A DNA stretch of 27,738 nt from an uncultured archaeon. GTDB taxonomy: Archaea > Iainarchaeota > Iainarchaeia > Iainarchaeales > 0-14-0-20-30-16. The notes beneath the pieces are model-generated. The model was not told the DNA's origin, did no database searches, and was given only the letters and a program-made list of their open reading frames with translations. The translations under genes were made by a program, and so were the position numbers. Location of the stretch: contig CAZQQS010000008.1 of the NCBI GenBank assembly GCA_964595665.1, positions 1 to 27,738 of the forward strand, written 5' to 3'. Shown here one piece after another: positions 1-8,752 of this stretch (positions are counted from its first letter, which is position 1; every line of letters starts with the position of its first letter).

Positions 1-154
1 TATATTTAGATTTTTTAATATCTAATCCTTCACCTAATATGCCTTTTTCTTTTGCTTTTTTTAGTAATTCTCCATTACCACAAGCTAGATCTAACCACTT
101 TTTATTTTCTATTAAATTTATAACATATTTATTTGCAACAAATTGAAATTTCAT
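1..154 (-). CDS. Class I SAM-dependent methyltransferase, N-terminal fragment (gene runs off the left edge)
   Basis: My reverse-strand translation from ATG at 154-152 reads MKFQFVANKYVINLIENKKWLDLACGNGELLKKAKEKGILGEGLDIKKSKY. LDLACGNG is a motif I (SAM-binding) signature. The ATG overlaps the TGA stop of 151..945 as ATGA. Confidence 0.55.
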   Translation of the reverse strand, partial: MKFQFVANKYVINLIENKKWLDLACGNGELLKKAKEKGILGEGLDIKKSKY

Positions 155-945
155 ACTAACCCCTTATCAACATACTCCTTATAATTTAAGATATATGGTT
201 TAATTTTGTAAAATAGTTTGTTTAATTCTTCTTCATTAAACCATGCCCAATGAATGGTGATACAATTAAGATTTGATTGTGGTTTGTATTTCACAATGTT
301 ATTTTTCTTTAAATAATTTGGATAATAGGATGGAATATAATTAATTCCTTTTAATAAATGTATTTTGCCAAATTCTTTTATTGTTTCTGGGCCTCCAGTT
401 ATAAATTTGAAGTGTTTTATAAATGTTTTTAAATTTTCATTATTAAATGTATTATATGGGGGCACAAATATTTTTGGTTTGGGCAACCCATATTCTTTGA
501 ATAATTTAAAACCTAATTTTATTTCTTTTTCTATTTGTAAATTAGATTTTCCTAAAAATTCGCTAAATTTTATGTTGGATGTGGTTTTATGTGTTAATCC
601 GTGCATTGCTATTATAATTCTATTATCTTTAATTCCATCTTTTAATAACGCTATTTCTTTTTTATTTAATTTTCTAAATGAATTGCAATCTTTATCTTTT
701 GGATTATTTGCAATATAGGGTGTAACTCCTAAAATATAAGGAATATCGTGCTTTTTCATAATTTTATCAAATTTTATAAAATCATTAATTTTTTTTTCCC
801 AGTGGGGGAAATCATCAACTCTAATTATAATTTTTGGTTTTCTTTTAATAAAAACATTACATTGTATTGGATTTTTTTCTTTAAATATTTCTATATAATA
901 AAGGAGAATATTTTTTATTTTGTAAAATTTATTATAATTTATCAT
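151..945 (-). CDS. DUF2334 / polysaccharide-deacetylase-like protein
   Basis: 264-aa ORF. IIIRVDDFPHW ... ILGVTPY ... IIAMHGLTHK matches the DUF2334-type deacetylase-fold pattern (DD near the N-terminus, HGxxH later). It sits in a glycan-modification gene context. Confidence 0.5.
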   Translation of the reverse strand: MINYNKFYKIKNILLYYIEIFKEKNPIQCNVFIKRKPKIIIRVDDFPHWEKKINDFIKFDKIMKKHDIPYILGVTPYIANNPKDKDCNSFRKLNKKEIALLKDGIKDNRIIIAMHGLTHKTTSNIKFSEFLGKSNLQIEKEIKLGFKLFKEYGLPKPKIFVPPYNTFNNENLKTFIKHFKFITGGPETIKEFGKIHLLKGINYIPSYYPNYLKKNNIVKYKPQSNLNCITIHWAWFNEEELNKLFYKIKPYILNYKEYVDKGLV

Positions 946-1144
946 TTATATCAAATATATTATAAACTAAAAGATTAAAAACCAATCTTATTTTTAGTTA
1001 ATAAATATTGTTATTTTGGGGTTACATTTATATATTCTTTTAACTTTTTAAATATAATTAAACTAAATATTAGATGTTTGAATATAATACTTTTAATTTT
1101 TAATATGTGTATAAATCTATAAATTGAAAAAATAATGTGAGAAT

Positions 1145-1903
1145 ATGAATTTAAAACCTATTCATAAAAATTGTGTTAATTTACTGGAAAAACTAGATAA
1201 ATGCTGTAAAGATAATAATTTAGAATATTTTCTTTTTTAGGGTAGTTTATTAGGCGCAATAAGACATAAAGGATTTATTCCTTGGGATGACGATATTGAT
1301 ATTGTTATGTCTCAAAATGATTTTTTAAAATTAATTTCTTTAAATAACAAATTAAAAAAATTTAATATTTTTAAGTATGATATAACTAATAAGAATGTGT
1401 TATTCCACACAGGATATATTAAATCAAAAGTTAATAAGGGACATATAGATGTATTTATTTTTAAATCAATAAATAAAATATCTTTTAAGTTAAGATTTAT
1501 GGTGTTTTATTTTTATTTATTATATTATTTACACAATATTCAAAATAATTCAAGATTGTTTGTAAGAAAAAATAATTTGCTTAAAAAAATTGGGTATTTT
1601 ATTATAAAGCCTGTAAGAGTGTTATTTAAAATATTTCATATTTTTGAGTTTGTATCTTTATTTAAATCATTTAAAGAAAAAGATTTTTTGTTGAATAAAG
1701 AAACACAATATATTGTTGCACAAAAAAAACCAAATTATTTTTTGATCAACAAATCTGATATATATCCTTTAAAAGAAATGTTATTTGGAAATAGAAAATA
1801 TCCTATTCCTAAAGAATATCATAAATTACTAACTAAGATTTATGGTGATTATATGGTGCCACCTAAACCTAAAGATAGGGTTCCATTACACGTTAAAACT
1901 TAG
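1145..1903 (+). pseudogene. licD: LicD-family phosphotransferase interrupted by an in-frame TAG at 1238-1240
   Basis: Reading from ATG 1145 gives [59 protein letters not shown]..., in frame with track ORF 1307..1903. [21 protein letters not shown] is the LicD signature and YGDYMxPP lies near the C-terminus. A GTGA Shine-Dalgarno at 1137-1140 and a TATA-like gtataaatc at about 1108-1116 are intact. Confidence 0.7.
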
Positions 1904-1937
1904 TTTGCTTTTATATATCTTTTTATGATATTTATTT

Positions 1938-3437
1938 ATGGCTGAGAGTAAAACAAATATTAAAGGAAATGTTCTTAAGAATTCCACATATAACTTGTTA
2001 GGTAATATTGTTTTAAGAATTTTCCAAATAATTCAATCTTTTTTTATGGCTAATATCTTGGGGCCAACACAATATGGTTTAAGAAATGGAATTCAAATGT
2101 ATTTTGAATATGGAAATTATAATCATTTAGGAACAAATAGTTTATTGTCCAAAAAACGACAACTTTATGAGCATTCTAATGTGGTTGAAAGAGATTATTT
2201 AACTAATTTAGTTTTTAGTTTTAATTTAATTACTGGAATTATTTTTATTTTGATAAGTTTGGGATTATATTTTATTTTGACAGATATTACTTTGAAATAT
2301 TCTTTATTGTTAATTGGATTTTGCGTTTTTATAGCTAATTTTAGAAATATAAATAATATTATTTTAAATTCACAACAAAAATTCAAACAGATCTCAAAAA
2401 TAAATTTTTGGATTGGTTTATCTGGAACAATATTTATTTGTTTGGGAGTTTATTTTTTTGGTATTATTGGGAGTTATCTTGGAAGCATACTATATCTAAC
2501 AATAAACTATTTCTTGAGTAAACATTATGCAGGGATTAGTTTTAAATTTATTTTTGAGCCCAAAAAATATTTTGAATTAATTAAAAATGGATTTATATTA
2601 TTTTTATTGAGTTTTAGTTTTTTATTAATCTTTAGTATTAATAGATTATTTATAATCAAAGGTTATGGGATTACTGAATTAGGGTATTATGCAATAGGTT
2701 TATTTTTTGCAAATTTAATGTATTTCTTTATTACTACCTTAGTTTATCCATTAATACCAAATATATATCAAAATAGAGACAATAATGTGGATTTAATTAA
2801 ATATATAATTATACCTTATAGGTTAGTTATGTCTTTAATTTATTTCATGTGTATATTAATTATATTTCTTATTCCATTTATAATATTTATTTTACCAGAA
2901 TATAATGCAGGTATACAATATATCAATATTTTATTGTTCTCAATAATCTTTTTTCCAATATTAATTACAAATTATTTTATAAGTAGGAATCAAGAAATGA
3001 AATTATTATTTATAACAAGCATAATTATTATTTTAGAAGTTTTATCAAACATATTTATTTTACTGTTAAATTTAAAACCAATATATCTTGCAATATCTGT
3101 AGTAATAATAAATTTTATTTATGGTTTTATATTAAATTTAATCTGTTATAAAGATATATTTAAATCTTATAAAAAAGCATTAAAAGAAATATTTAATTAT
3201 TTATGGCCTTTAGGATATGCATTAGTTGGTTATGGATTATTATGGTTGTTAGCACATTATGTTTTGTATGGTTTTGTGAATTATTATTTGGTAAAAATAA
3301 TTCAAGCAATTTTATTTACAATTTGGTACTCTCCTATATTATGGAAAATAGAAAAAGAACATAAAATATTGAAAATAATTTGGACTGGTGTAAAAAATAA
3401 ATTAAGTAAACAACCTTTAGAAAAAAATATTGAGTGA
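1938..3437 (+). CDS. Polysaccharide/oligosaccharide flippase (MOP/Wzx family)
   Basis: 499 aa and polytopic (about 12-14 hydrophobic segments). The N-terminus KNSTYNLLGNIVLRIFQIIQSFFMANILGPTQYG is typical of the polysaccharide biosynthesis protein family. Confidence 0.7.
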   Translation: MAESKTNIKGNVLKNSTYNLLGNIVLRIFQIIQSFFMANILGPTQYGLRNGIQMYFEYGNYNHLGTNSLLSKKRQLYEHSNVVERDYLTNLVFSFNLITGIIFILISLGLYFILTDITLKYSLLLIGFCVFIANFRNINNIILNSQQKFKQISKINFWIGLSGTIFICLGVYFFGIIGSYLGSILYLTINYFLSKHYAGISFKFIFEPKKYFELIKNGFILFLLSFSFLLIFSINRLFIIKGYGITELGYYAIGLFFANLMYFFITTLVYPLIPNIYQNRDNNVDLIKYIIIPYRLVMSLIYFMCILIIFLIPFIIFILPEYNAGIQYINILLFSIIFFPILITNYFISRNQEMKLLFITSIIIILEVLSNIFILLLNLKPIYLAISVVIINFIYGFILNLICYKDIFKSYKKALKEIFNYLWPLGYALVGYGLLWLLAHYVLYGFVNYYLVKIIQAILFTIWYSPILWKIEKEHKILKIIWTGVKNKLSKQPLEKNIE

Positions 3438-3442
3438 TGAAA

Positions 3443-3892
3443 ATGATTAAAGCAATAATATTTGATTTGGATGATACTTTATACCCTGATAAAATCAAAA
3501 CTATTGATAAAAAAAAGAGTGCTGAATTGATAAGAAACTTATCAAAGAAGTATATGATAGCAATTACTTCAAATGGTAATGCAAAAAAGAATTCTAAAAA
3601 AATAGATGAATTAGGAATAAGAAAATATTTAAAAAAAATAATGTTAAGAGAATTTTTTATTAATAGAAAACCATTACCAAATAAAATAAATAGAATTTTA
3701 AAAGAATTAAACATAACTAATAAAGAAGCATTAATTGTTGGGGATAAAATTCATACAGATATATTAGTAGCTAAGTTAACAAAAGTTAAAAGTGTTTTGG
3801 TTACAAATGGCCTAAAGAGAATGCAATTTGTTAAACCAGATTACAAAATTAATTCTGTTTTAGATTTGGAAAGAATTTTAAAGAAATTATAA
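3443..3892 (+). CDS. HAD-superfamily hydrolase (short cap)
   Basis: Motif I is IIFDLDDTLY, motif II ITSNG, and motifs III/IV RKP...VGDKIHTDI. The start is moved to ATG 3443 because GAGTGA at 3432-3437 is a Shine-Dalgarno 5 nt upstream. The track start 3434 is the GTG inside that Shine-Dalgarno, and ATG 3437 is also possible. Confidence 0.7.
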   Translation: MIKAIIFDLDDTLYPDKIKTIDKKKSAELIRNLSKKYMIAITSNGNAKKNSKKIDELGIRKYLKKIMLREFFINRKPLPNKINRILKELNITNKEALIVGDKIHTDILVAKLTKVKSVLVTNGLKRMQFVKPDYKINSVLDLERILKKL

Positions 3893-3893
3893 T

Positions 3894-4907
3894 TTACTTC
3901 AATAATTTACTAATTGAAATATTATGATTTAAATTAAATATAACTTCTGCAAAATATTTTGCAACTGATACTTCTTTAAACCAAGAATTTTGTTTAAATG
4001 ATTCTGTATGGTGTATTGCATCTGTACTAATAACTAATTCAAATATTTTTGAAGAATATAATTCACTAAACTTAGTTTCAGCATCTCCATTAAAAAATGC
4101 TAATGAACAAGAAATATAAATTTTATTTGCACCATTTTCTTTTAATGTTTTTGCAACATTAATTATTGTGCCACCAGTAGCAATCATATCATCAATTATT
4201 AAACAATCTTTATTTTTTACATCTCCAATTAAAGTAGTATTTACTATTTTACTCGATGCAGAATAATCTCTTTCTTTGTAAACTACTGCTAAAGGAACTT
4301 GTAATTTTTCAGAATAATTTTTAGCTCTTTTTACAGCACCAGTATCTGGTGCAACAACTGTTAAATTATCAATATTTAAATTATTTTTTATGTAATTACA
4401 AATTGTTTTTGTTGGAAATAAATTTTCTAAATTTACTTTTGTAAAAAATCCTCCAATTGCAGTATTGTGAATATCTAAAGTGATAACTCTATTTACTCCC
4501 AAGTTTTCTAATTCTCTTGCAATTAACGAAGCAGTAATACATTCCCTTGAAATTGACTTATCTTGTCTTGCATAAGGATATGCGGGCAATATAACAGTTA
4601 CATTTGTAGCGTCACTTCTTTTTGAAGCATCAATTGCTGTTTTTAAAGCCATTAAATTTTCATCTACACTATAGGGTAATTCAGTATTTGCACAATCTTG
4701 TACAATATAAATGTCTAAACCTCTTATACTTTCTAATATTTCGGTTTTTATTTCTGTATTTGCAAAATGTGTTTCTTTTGTGTTAATTAAATGGAAGTTT
4801 AAATCAATATTTTCTTTTTCATAAATTAAAGGTAATTCTTTTAATATTTTTTCAGCAAATGGTTTGCCAGCTTCACAAGCAATAATTCCGATATTTCCTC
4901 TAGTCAT
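3894..4907 (-). CDS. prs: Ribose-phosphate pyrophosphokinase
   Basis: ILPAYPYARQDK, VITLDIHN and the PRPP loop IIDDMIATGGT are all present. The start is set at ATG 4907, with a GAGTGA Shine-Dalgarno at 4918-4913. The track GTG at 4916 lies inside that Shine-Dalgarno. Confidence 0.9.
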   Translation of the reverse strand: MTRGNIGIIACEAGKPFAEKILKELPLIYEKENIDLNFHLINTKETHFANTEIKTEILESIRGLDIYIVQDCANTELPYSVDENLMALKTAIDASKRSDATNVTVILPAYPYARQDKSISRECITASLIARELENLGVNRVITLDIHNTAIGGFFTKVNLENLFPTKTICNYIKNNLNIDNLTVVAPDTGAVKRAKNYSEKLQVPLAVVYKERDYSASSKIVNTTLIGDVKNKDCLIIDDMIATGGTIINVAKTLKENGANKIYISCSLAFFNGDAETKFSELYSSKIFELVISTDAIHHTESFKQNSWFKEVSVAKYFAEVIFNLNHNISISKLLK

Positions 4908-4989
4908 AAAAATCACTCAAAATAAGATACTTAAAACAAATACAAAACCTATTTAAATATTGGTTTCTTTTATTTTAAATAGTGATTTT

Positions 4990-5523
4990 ATGGTTGTTAA
5001 TGTTGTTTTTTTTGGTAGAGGCGGACAAGGAGTTAAAACTATGGGGCATATTTTAGCTTTAGCTGGATTTTATGATAATTTAAATGTACAAGCTTTTCCA
5101 GAATATGGCCCTGAGAGAAGTGGAGCTCCGATGAAAACTTTTGTTAAGATTTCAAAAACTGAAATTGAAGATCAAGCGCCTTTTTCAAAAGCAGATTTTG
5201 TTGTTGTAATTGATAGCTCTTTGTTAAATTTGTTAATAGAGAATATTACATCTTTTGGCGATAAAAATACTAAATTTATTTTTAATTCTAAATCTAAAGT
5301 AAATGTTAAAAATTCTAAAACTTTAGATGCTTCGCAAATTGCTTTTGATGTTATTGGTAAAGATTATTCAAATGTTGTTATGTTAGGTGCATTAATTAAA
5401 GAAAGTAAATTAGTTAGTTTAAAGAGCTTAGAAAAAGCTTTGAAAGAAGTTTTTGCAAAAAAACCTAAAGCTTTAGAGTTAAATTTAAAGGCTATGGATT
5501 TAGGATATAAGGGATTAAAATGA
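4990..5523 (+). CDS. porC: Pyruvate/2-oxoacid:ferredoxin oxidoreductase, gamma subunit
   Basis: FFGRGGQGVKTMGHILALAGF...AFPEYGPERSGAPM is the gamma-subunit signature. ATG 4990 is preceded by TAGTGA-tttt, and the track TTG 4960 extension is unsupported. Confidence 0.9.
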   Translation: MVVNVVFFGRGGQGVKTMGHILALAGFYDNLNVQAFPEYGPERSGAPMKTFVKISKTEIEDQAPFSKADFVVVIDSSLLNLLIENITSFGDKNTKFIFNSKSKVNVKNSKTLDASQIAFDVIGKDYSNVVMLGALIKESKLVSLKSLEKALKEVFAKKPKALELNLKAMDLGYKGLK

Positions 5524-5774
5524 AATTGAGAAATGGTAATACTTTAAAAGCAGAAGAATCTGTTGATTATTCTACAGGCTCATGGAAAAAAGAAATGCCT
5601 ATTGTTAAAGATAAAGAAGCATTAAATAAAGATCCAAAAATTGCAATATTTTGTCCAGAGGCAGCAATTATTTACAAAGATGGAAAATTTTCACATATAG
5701 ATTACAGATATTGTAAAGGTTGTGGAATTTGTTCACATTATTTGCCAAAAGCAATTATTATGAAAAAGGTATGA
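5520..5774 (+). CDS. porD: Pyruvate:ferredoxin oxidoreductase, delta subunit (degenerate ferredoxin with one cluster motif retained)
   Basis: STGSWKKEMP...FCPEAAI...DYRYCKGCGICSHYLPKAI. The position between gamma and alpha fits, there is an ATGA overlap with porC, and the Shine-Dalgarno AAGGGA lies 5 nt upstream. Confidence 0.85.
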   Translation: MKLRNGNTLKAEESVDYSTGSWKKEMPIVKDKEALNKDPKIAIFCPEAAIIYKDGKFSHIDYRYCKGCGICSHYLPKAIIMKKV

Positions 5775-6625
5775 TTATGAGTAAGGAAAATGCTTTAGTT
5801 GTTTTTGAAAATAAAAAAATAAGAAGAATTTGGCATAAAGATGAATGGTATTTTGTATTAGAAGATATTATTGTAGCATTAACTGAGTCTAAGGATCCTA
5901 AATCCTATATTACTAAAATGAAATTAAGAGACCCTTCTTTGTCAGAAGGGTGGGGACAAATTGTCACCCCCCTTTCAATTGTAACTACTGGAGGCCCACA
6001 AAATAAAAATTGTGCTAATGTGCAAGGAATATTTAGAATTATTCAATCTGTGACTAGCCCAAAAGCAGAACCTTTTAAAAGATGGTTAGCACAAGTAGGA
6101 TATGAACGAATACAAGAAATTGAGAATCCAGAATTAGCGCAAAATAGAGCTAAAGAATATTATGAATTGAAAGGATATCCAAAAGATTGGATTGATAAAA
6201 GAATAAGAGGAATTGCAATAAGGCAAGAGCTAACAGGCGAATGGAAAAATCGAGGAATAAAACAAGATAAAGATTTTGCAATATTAACAAATGAAATATC
6301 TAAAGCAACTTTTGATAAAACTATAGAGGAATATAAAAAATTTAAGGGTTTAAATAATAAAAAGAATACCAATCTAAGAGATCACATGAATGATTGGGAA
6401 TTAATCTTAACAATGGTTGGTGAAAAAGCTACTACTGATATTACAAAAGTAAAAAACTCTAAAGGTTTTGTTAAGTGCAAAGAATCTGCAAAAGCAGGTG
6501 GCAAAATTGCTAAGAATACTAAGAAAGAATTGGAAAAGAAAATTGGTAAATCTATATTGTCAAAAAAAAATTATTTGCATTTAGAAAATAAAAATAAAAT
6601 TAAAAAGAAATTAAGGAAGAAATGA
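5771..6625 (+). CDS. Bro-N domain / antirepressor-like (DinD-like) protein inserted in the por operon
   Basis: NALVVFENKKIRRIWHKDEWYFVLEDIIVALT is a Bro-N-type N-terminus. It is followed by PKAEPFKRWLAQVGYERIQEIENPELAQNRAKEYYELKGYPKDWIDKRIRGIAIRQELTGEWKNRG, a module I recognise from bacterial and phage Bro-N proteins. The start is ATG 5771 (ATGA overlap with the porD stop) or ATG 5777 (after AAGGTA). The track start 5720 is an unsupported extension into porD. Confidence 0.75.
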   Translation: MIMSKENALVVFENKKIRRIWHKDEWYFVLEDIIVALTESKDPKSYITKMKLRDPSLSEGWGQIVTPLSIVTTGGPQNKNCANVQGIFRIIQSVTSPKAEPFKRWLAQVGYERIQEIENPELAQNRAKEYYELKGYPKDWIDKRIRGIAIRQELTGEWKNRGIKQDKDFAILTNEISKATFDKTIEEYKKFKGLNNKKNTNLRDHMNDWELILTMVGEKATTDITKVKNSKGFVKCKESAKAGGKIAKNTKKELEKKIGKSILSKKNYLHLENKNKIKKKLRKK

Positions 6626-7770
6626 TTGTTATGAAACAAGAAAAAAAATTATTAACTGGTGGAGAAGCTGTAGCTTATGCTATGATGCAAATTAATCCTG
6701 ATGTGTGTGCATCTTATCCAATTACTCCACAAACTCCAATAATTGAAACTTATGCTCAATATGTTGCCGATGGATTAGTTGATACAGAAATGGTTTTGAC
6801 TGAAAGTGAACATAGTGCATTAAGTGTTTGTATTGGTGCATCAGCTTATGGTTCAAGAACTTTTACTGCAACTGCATCGCAAGGTATATTATATATGAAT
6901 GAAGTTGTTTATAGTGCATCTGGATTGCGATTACCTATCGTAATGGCCGTAGGCAACAGAGCGATTTCTTCTCCAATAAATATTCATTGTGATCATTCAG
7001 ATTCGTTTACAGTAAAAGATTCTGGATGGATACAAATTTATTGTGAAAATGTACAAGAAGTTTATGATACTTCTTTAATGGCTTTTAAAATTGCAGAAAA
7101 AGTTAATTTACCTTTAATGTTTATGCAAGATGGTTTTTATACAACTCATAGTTTACAAGCAATAAATCTTTTGCAAAAAAAAGATGTACAAAAGTTTTTA
7201 GGCAAAGCACCTAAAAGAGAAAATTTGAAAGAAAATTATACTATTGGAATGTTTGCTTTGCAAGATTCGTATATGGAAGCGCGTTATAATATGTTTTCTG
7301 CTTTAAAAGATTCAGAAAAAGTTATTGAAGATGTGCAAAAAGAATTTTTTAAATTGACTGGAAGAAAATATTCTTTGTTTGAAAGTTATAAAGTTAAAGA
7401 TGCAGAAATTGTTTTTATTATTTTAAGTTCTACTGCACAATTAATGAAAAAAGCTGTTGATTTTTATAGAAAAAAAGGAAAGAAAGTTGGAGTATTAAGA
7501 TTGAGAGTTTTTAGACCTTTTCCTTTTGAATCTTTGAAAAAAGAATTGAAAAATAAAACGTTAATTGTAATGGATAGAAATGGGAATTACGGTTCAGAAT
7601 TTAGTGCATTAGCAAATGAATTTAAAAATATGGGGAAAGATTTGTATAATGTTGTTTATGGTTTAGGTGGAAGAGAATTTAATGATAAAGATGCATTAGA
7701 TTTAGTTAATAATTTTTTAACTAAGAAACAACCAAAAATACAGTATTATGGTTTAAGAAAAGATTTGTGA
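6622..7770 (+). CDS. porA: Pyruvate:ferredoxin oxidoreductase, alpha subunit
   Basis: LTGGEAVAYAMMQINPDVCASYPITPQTPIIE is the canonical alpha N-terminus, and the protein is 382 aa. ATG 6622 overlaps the upstream stop as ATGA, with an alternative ATG at 6631. Confidence 0.92.
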   Translation: MIVMKQEKKLLTGGEAVAYAMMQINPDVCASYPITPQTPIIETYAQYVADGLVDTEMVLTESEHSALSVCIGASAYGSRTFTATASQGILYMNEVVYSASGLRLPIVMAVGNRAISSPINIHCDHSDSFTVKDSGWIQIYCENVQEVYDTSLMAFKIAEKVNLPLMFMQDGFYTTHSLQAINLLQKKDVQKFLGKAPKRENLKENYTIGMFALQDSYMEARYNMFSALKDSEKVIEDVQKEFFKLTGRKYSLFESYKVKDAEIVFIILSSTAQLMKKAVDFYRKKGKKVGVLRLRVFRPFPFESLKKELKNKTLIVMDRNGNYGSEFSALANEFKNMGKDLYNVVYGLGGREFNDKDALDLVNNFLTKKQPKIQYYGLRKDL

Positions 7771-7775
7771 TTTTT

Positions 7776-8714
7776 ATGGATAATAAAGAAGTATTAAATA
7801 TTTTGGAAAAAGGTAAAGAATCTTTTAGGCCAGGACATAGAACTTGTGCTGGATGTTTTATTCCAACAATTGTTAGAACTGTTTTAGGAAATATTCCTAA
7901 AGGTTATTCTCCTGTTGTTTCAATTGCAACTGGTTGTTTAGAGGTTACGAGTACTTTATGGCCTAATAGTTCTTGGAATGTTCCCACAATCCATAATACT
8001 TTTGAGAATGCATCTGCTACTATTTCAGGTTCTGAAAAAGCACATTTAGTTAATGTAAAAAAAGGTTTGGAAAAACCGAATAAAAAATTTATTGTTTTCG
8101 CTGGAGATGGAGGAACAGTAGATATTGGATTAGCTGCATTATCTGGAACTCTTGAGAGAGGTCACGATATATTGTATGTTTTGTACGATAATGAAGTTTA
8201 TTCAAATACTGGTGCTCAAAGATCTGGTGCTACACCACATTATGCGAGTACTTCTACTACGCCTTCTGGTTCAGAATTATCTGGAAAAATTGAAATAAAA
8301 AAAGATATTATGAAAATTATTGCTGGACATAATATTCCTTATGTTGCTCAATGTAATCCTTATTTTTATGATGATTTTGTATATAAAGTTAAGAAAGCAT
8401 TTTCAATTAAAGGGCCTAAATTCTTAAGTGTTTTAATGCCCTGTACTTTTAGTTGGAAATTTGAAACTAATTTAACTGCTGAATTTTCTCGATTAGCTAC
8501 TGAAACAAATATTTGGCCATTATATGAGATTGAAAATGGAAAATATACTTTAAATTATTCTCCTAAAAAACCTTTAAAAGTAGAAGAGTTTTTGAATAAT
8601 CAAGGTAGATTTAAACATTTATTTAATCCTTTAAATAAAACTGCAATTAATAATGTTCAAAAAGAAATAGATTCTAAAATGAATGATCTAAAAGAAATAA
8701 GTAAAAAAAAGTGA
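7776..8714 (+). CDS. porB: Pyruvate:ferredoxin oxidoreductase, beta subunit (TPP-binding)
   Basis: GHRTCAGC, ATGC and MPC provide four Cys for the proximal [4Fe-4S] cluster. The TPP motif is FAGDGGTVDIGL...YDNEVYSNTG. The start is set at ATG 7776, because the track GTG 7767 is the GTGA Shine-Dalgarno. Confidence 0.92.
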   Translation: MDNKEVLNILEKGKESFRPGHRTCAGCFIPTIVRTVLGNIPKGYSPVVSIATGCLEVTSTLWPNSSWNVPTIHNTFENASATISGSEKAHLVNVKKGLEKPNKKFIVFAGDGGTVDIGLAALSGTLERGHDILYVLYDNEVYSNTGAQRSGATPHYASTSTTPSGSELSGKIEIKKDIMKIIAGHNIPYVAQCNPYFYDDFVYKVKKAFSIKGPKFLSVLMPCTFSWKFETNLTAEFSRLATETNIWPLYEIENGKYTLNYSPKKPLKVEEFLNNQGRFKHLFNPLNKTAINNVQKEIDSKMNDLKEISKKK

Positions 8715-8722
8715 AATAGCAG

Positions 8723-8733
8723 AATATATAAAG
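8723..8733 (+). promoter_or_regulatory. TATA-box-like element (aatatataaag) about 25 nt upstream of ATG 8753, implying a leaderless or near-leaderless mRNA
   Basis: It shares the core gaAATATATAAAG with elements at 12876-12887 and 19088-19099. The spacing to the start codon matches the usual archaeal TATA-to-TSS distance. Confidence 0.4.
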
Positions 8734-8752
8734 TTTAAGGCAATATATTATT

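Noticed and set aside
365-978. Track ORFs 365..718(+) and 748..978(+), antisense to or flanking the deacetylase-like gene
   Set aside because: They are low-complexity Phe/Leu/Ile/Asn-rich translations, typical of shadow frames in AT-rich DNA. They have no Shine-Dalgarno, no motif, and lie opposite a better-supported gene.
1238-1240. Genome-wide reassignment of TAG as a sense codon (alternative genetic code or pyrrolysine) to explain the LicD interruption
   Set aside because: TAG terminates the same gene at 1901-1903 and the toxin-like gene at 16581-16583 at sensible protein lengths. No Pyl machinery is in the window. Site-specific read-through or error remains possible but cannot be shown here.
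2195-3714. Track ORFs 2195..2386(-) and 3334..3714(-)
   Set aside because: They are shadow ORFs opposite the flippase and HAD genes, with low-complexity composition and no initiation context.
4960-4989. TTG-initiated N-terminal extension of porC, and the 5720 extension of the Bro-N ORF into porD
   Set aside because: Both extensions lack Shine-Dalgarno support, add non-conserved residues, and overlap upstream features. Downstream ATGs with the standard Shine-Dalgarno spacing explain the genes better.
6160-6372. Track ORF 6160..6372(-)
   Set aside because: It is antisense to the Bro-N gene and has no supporting signals.
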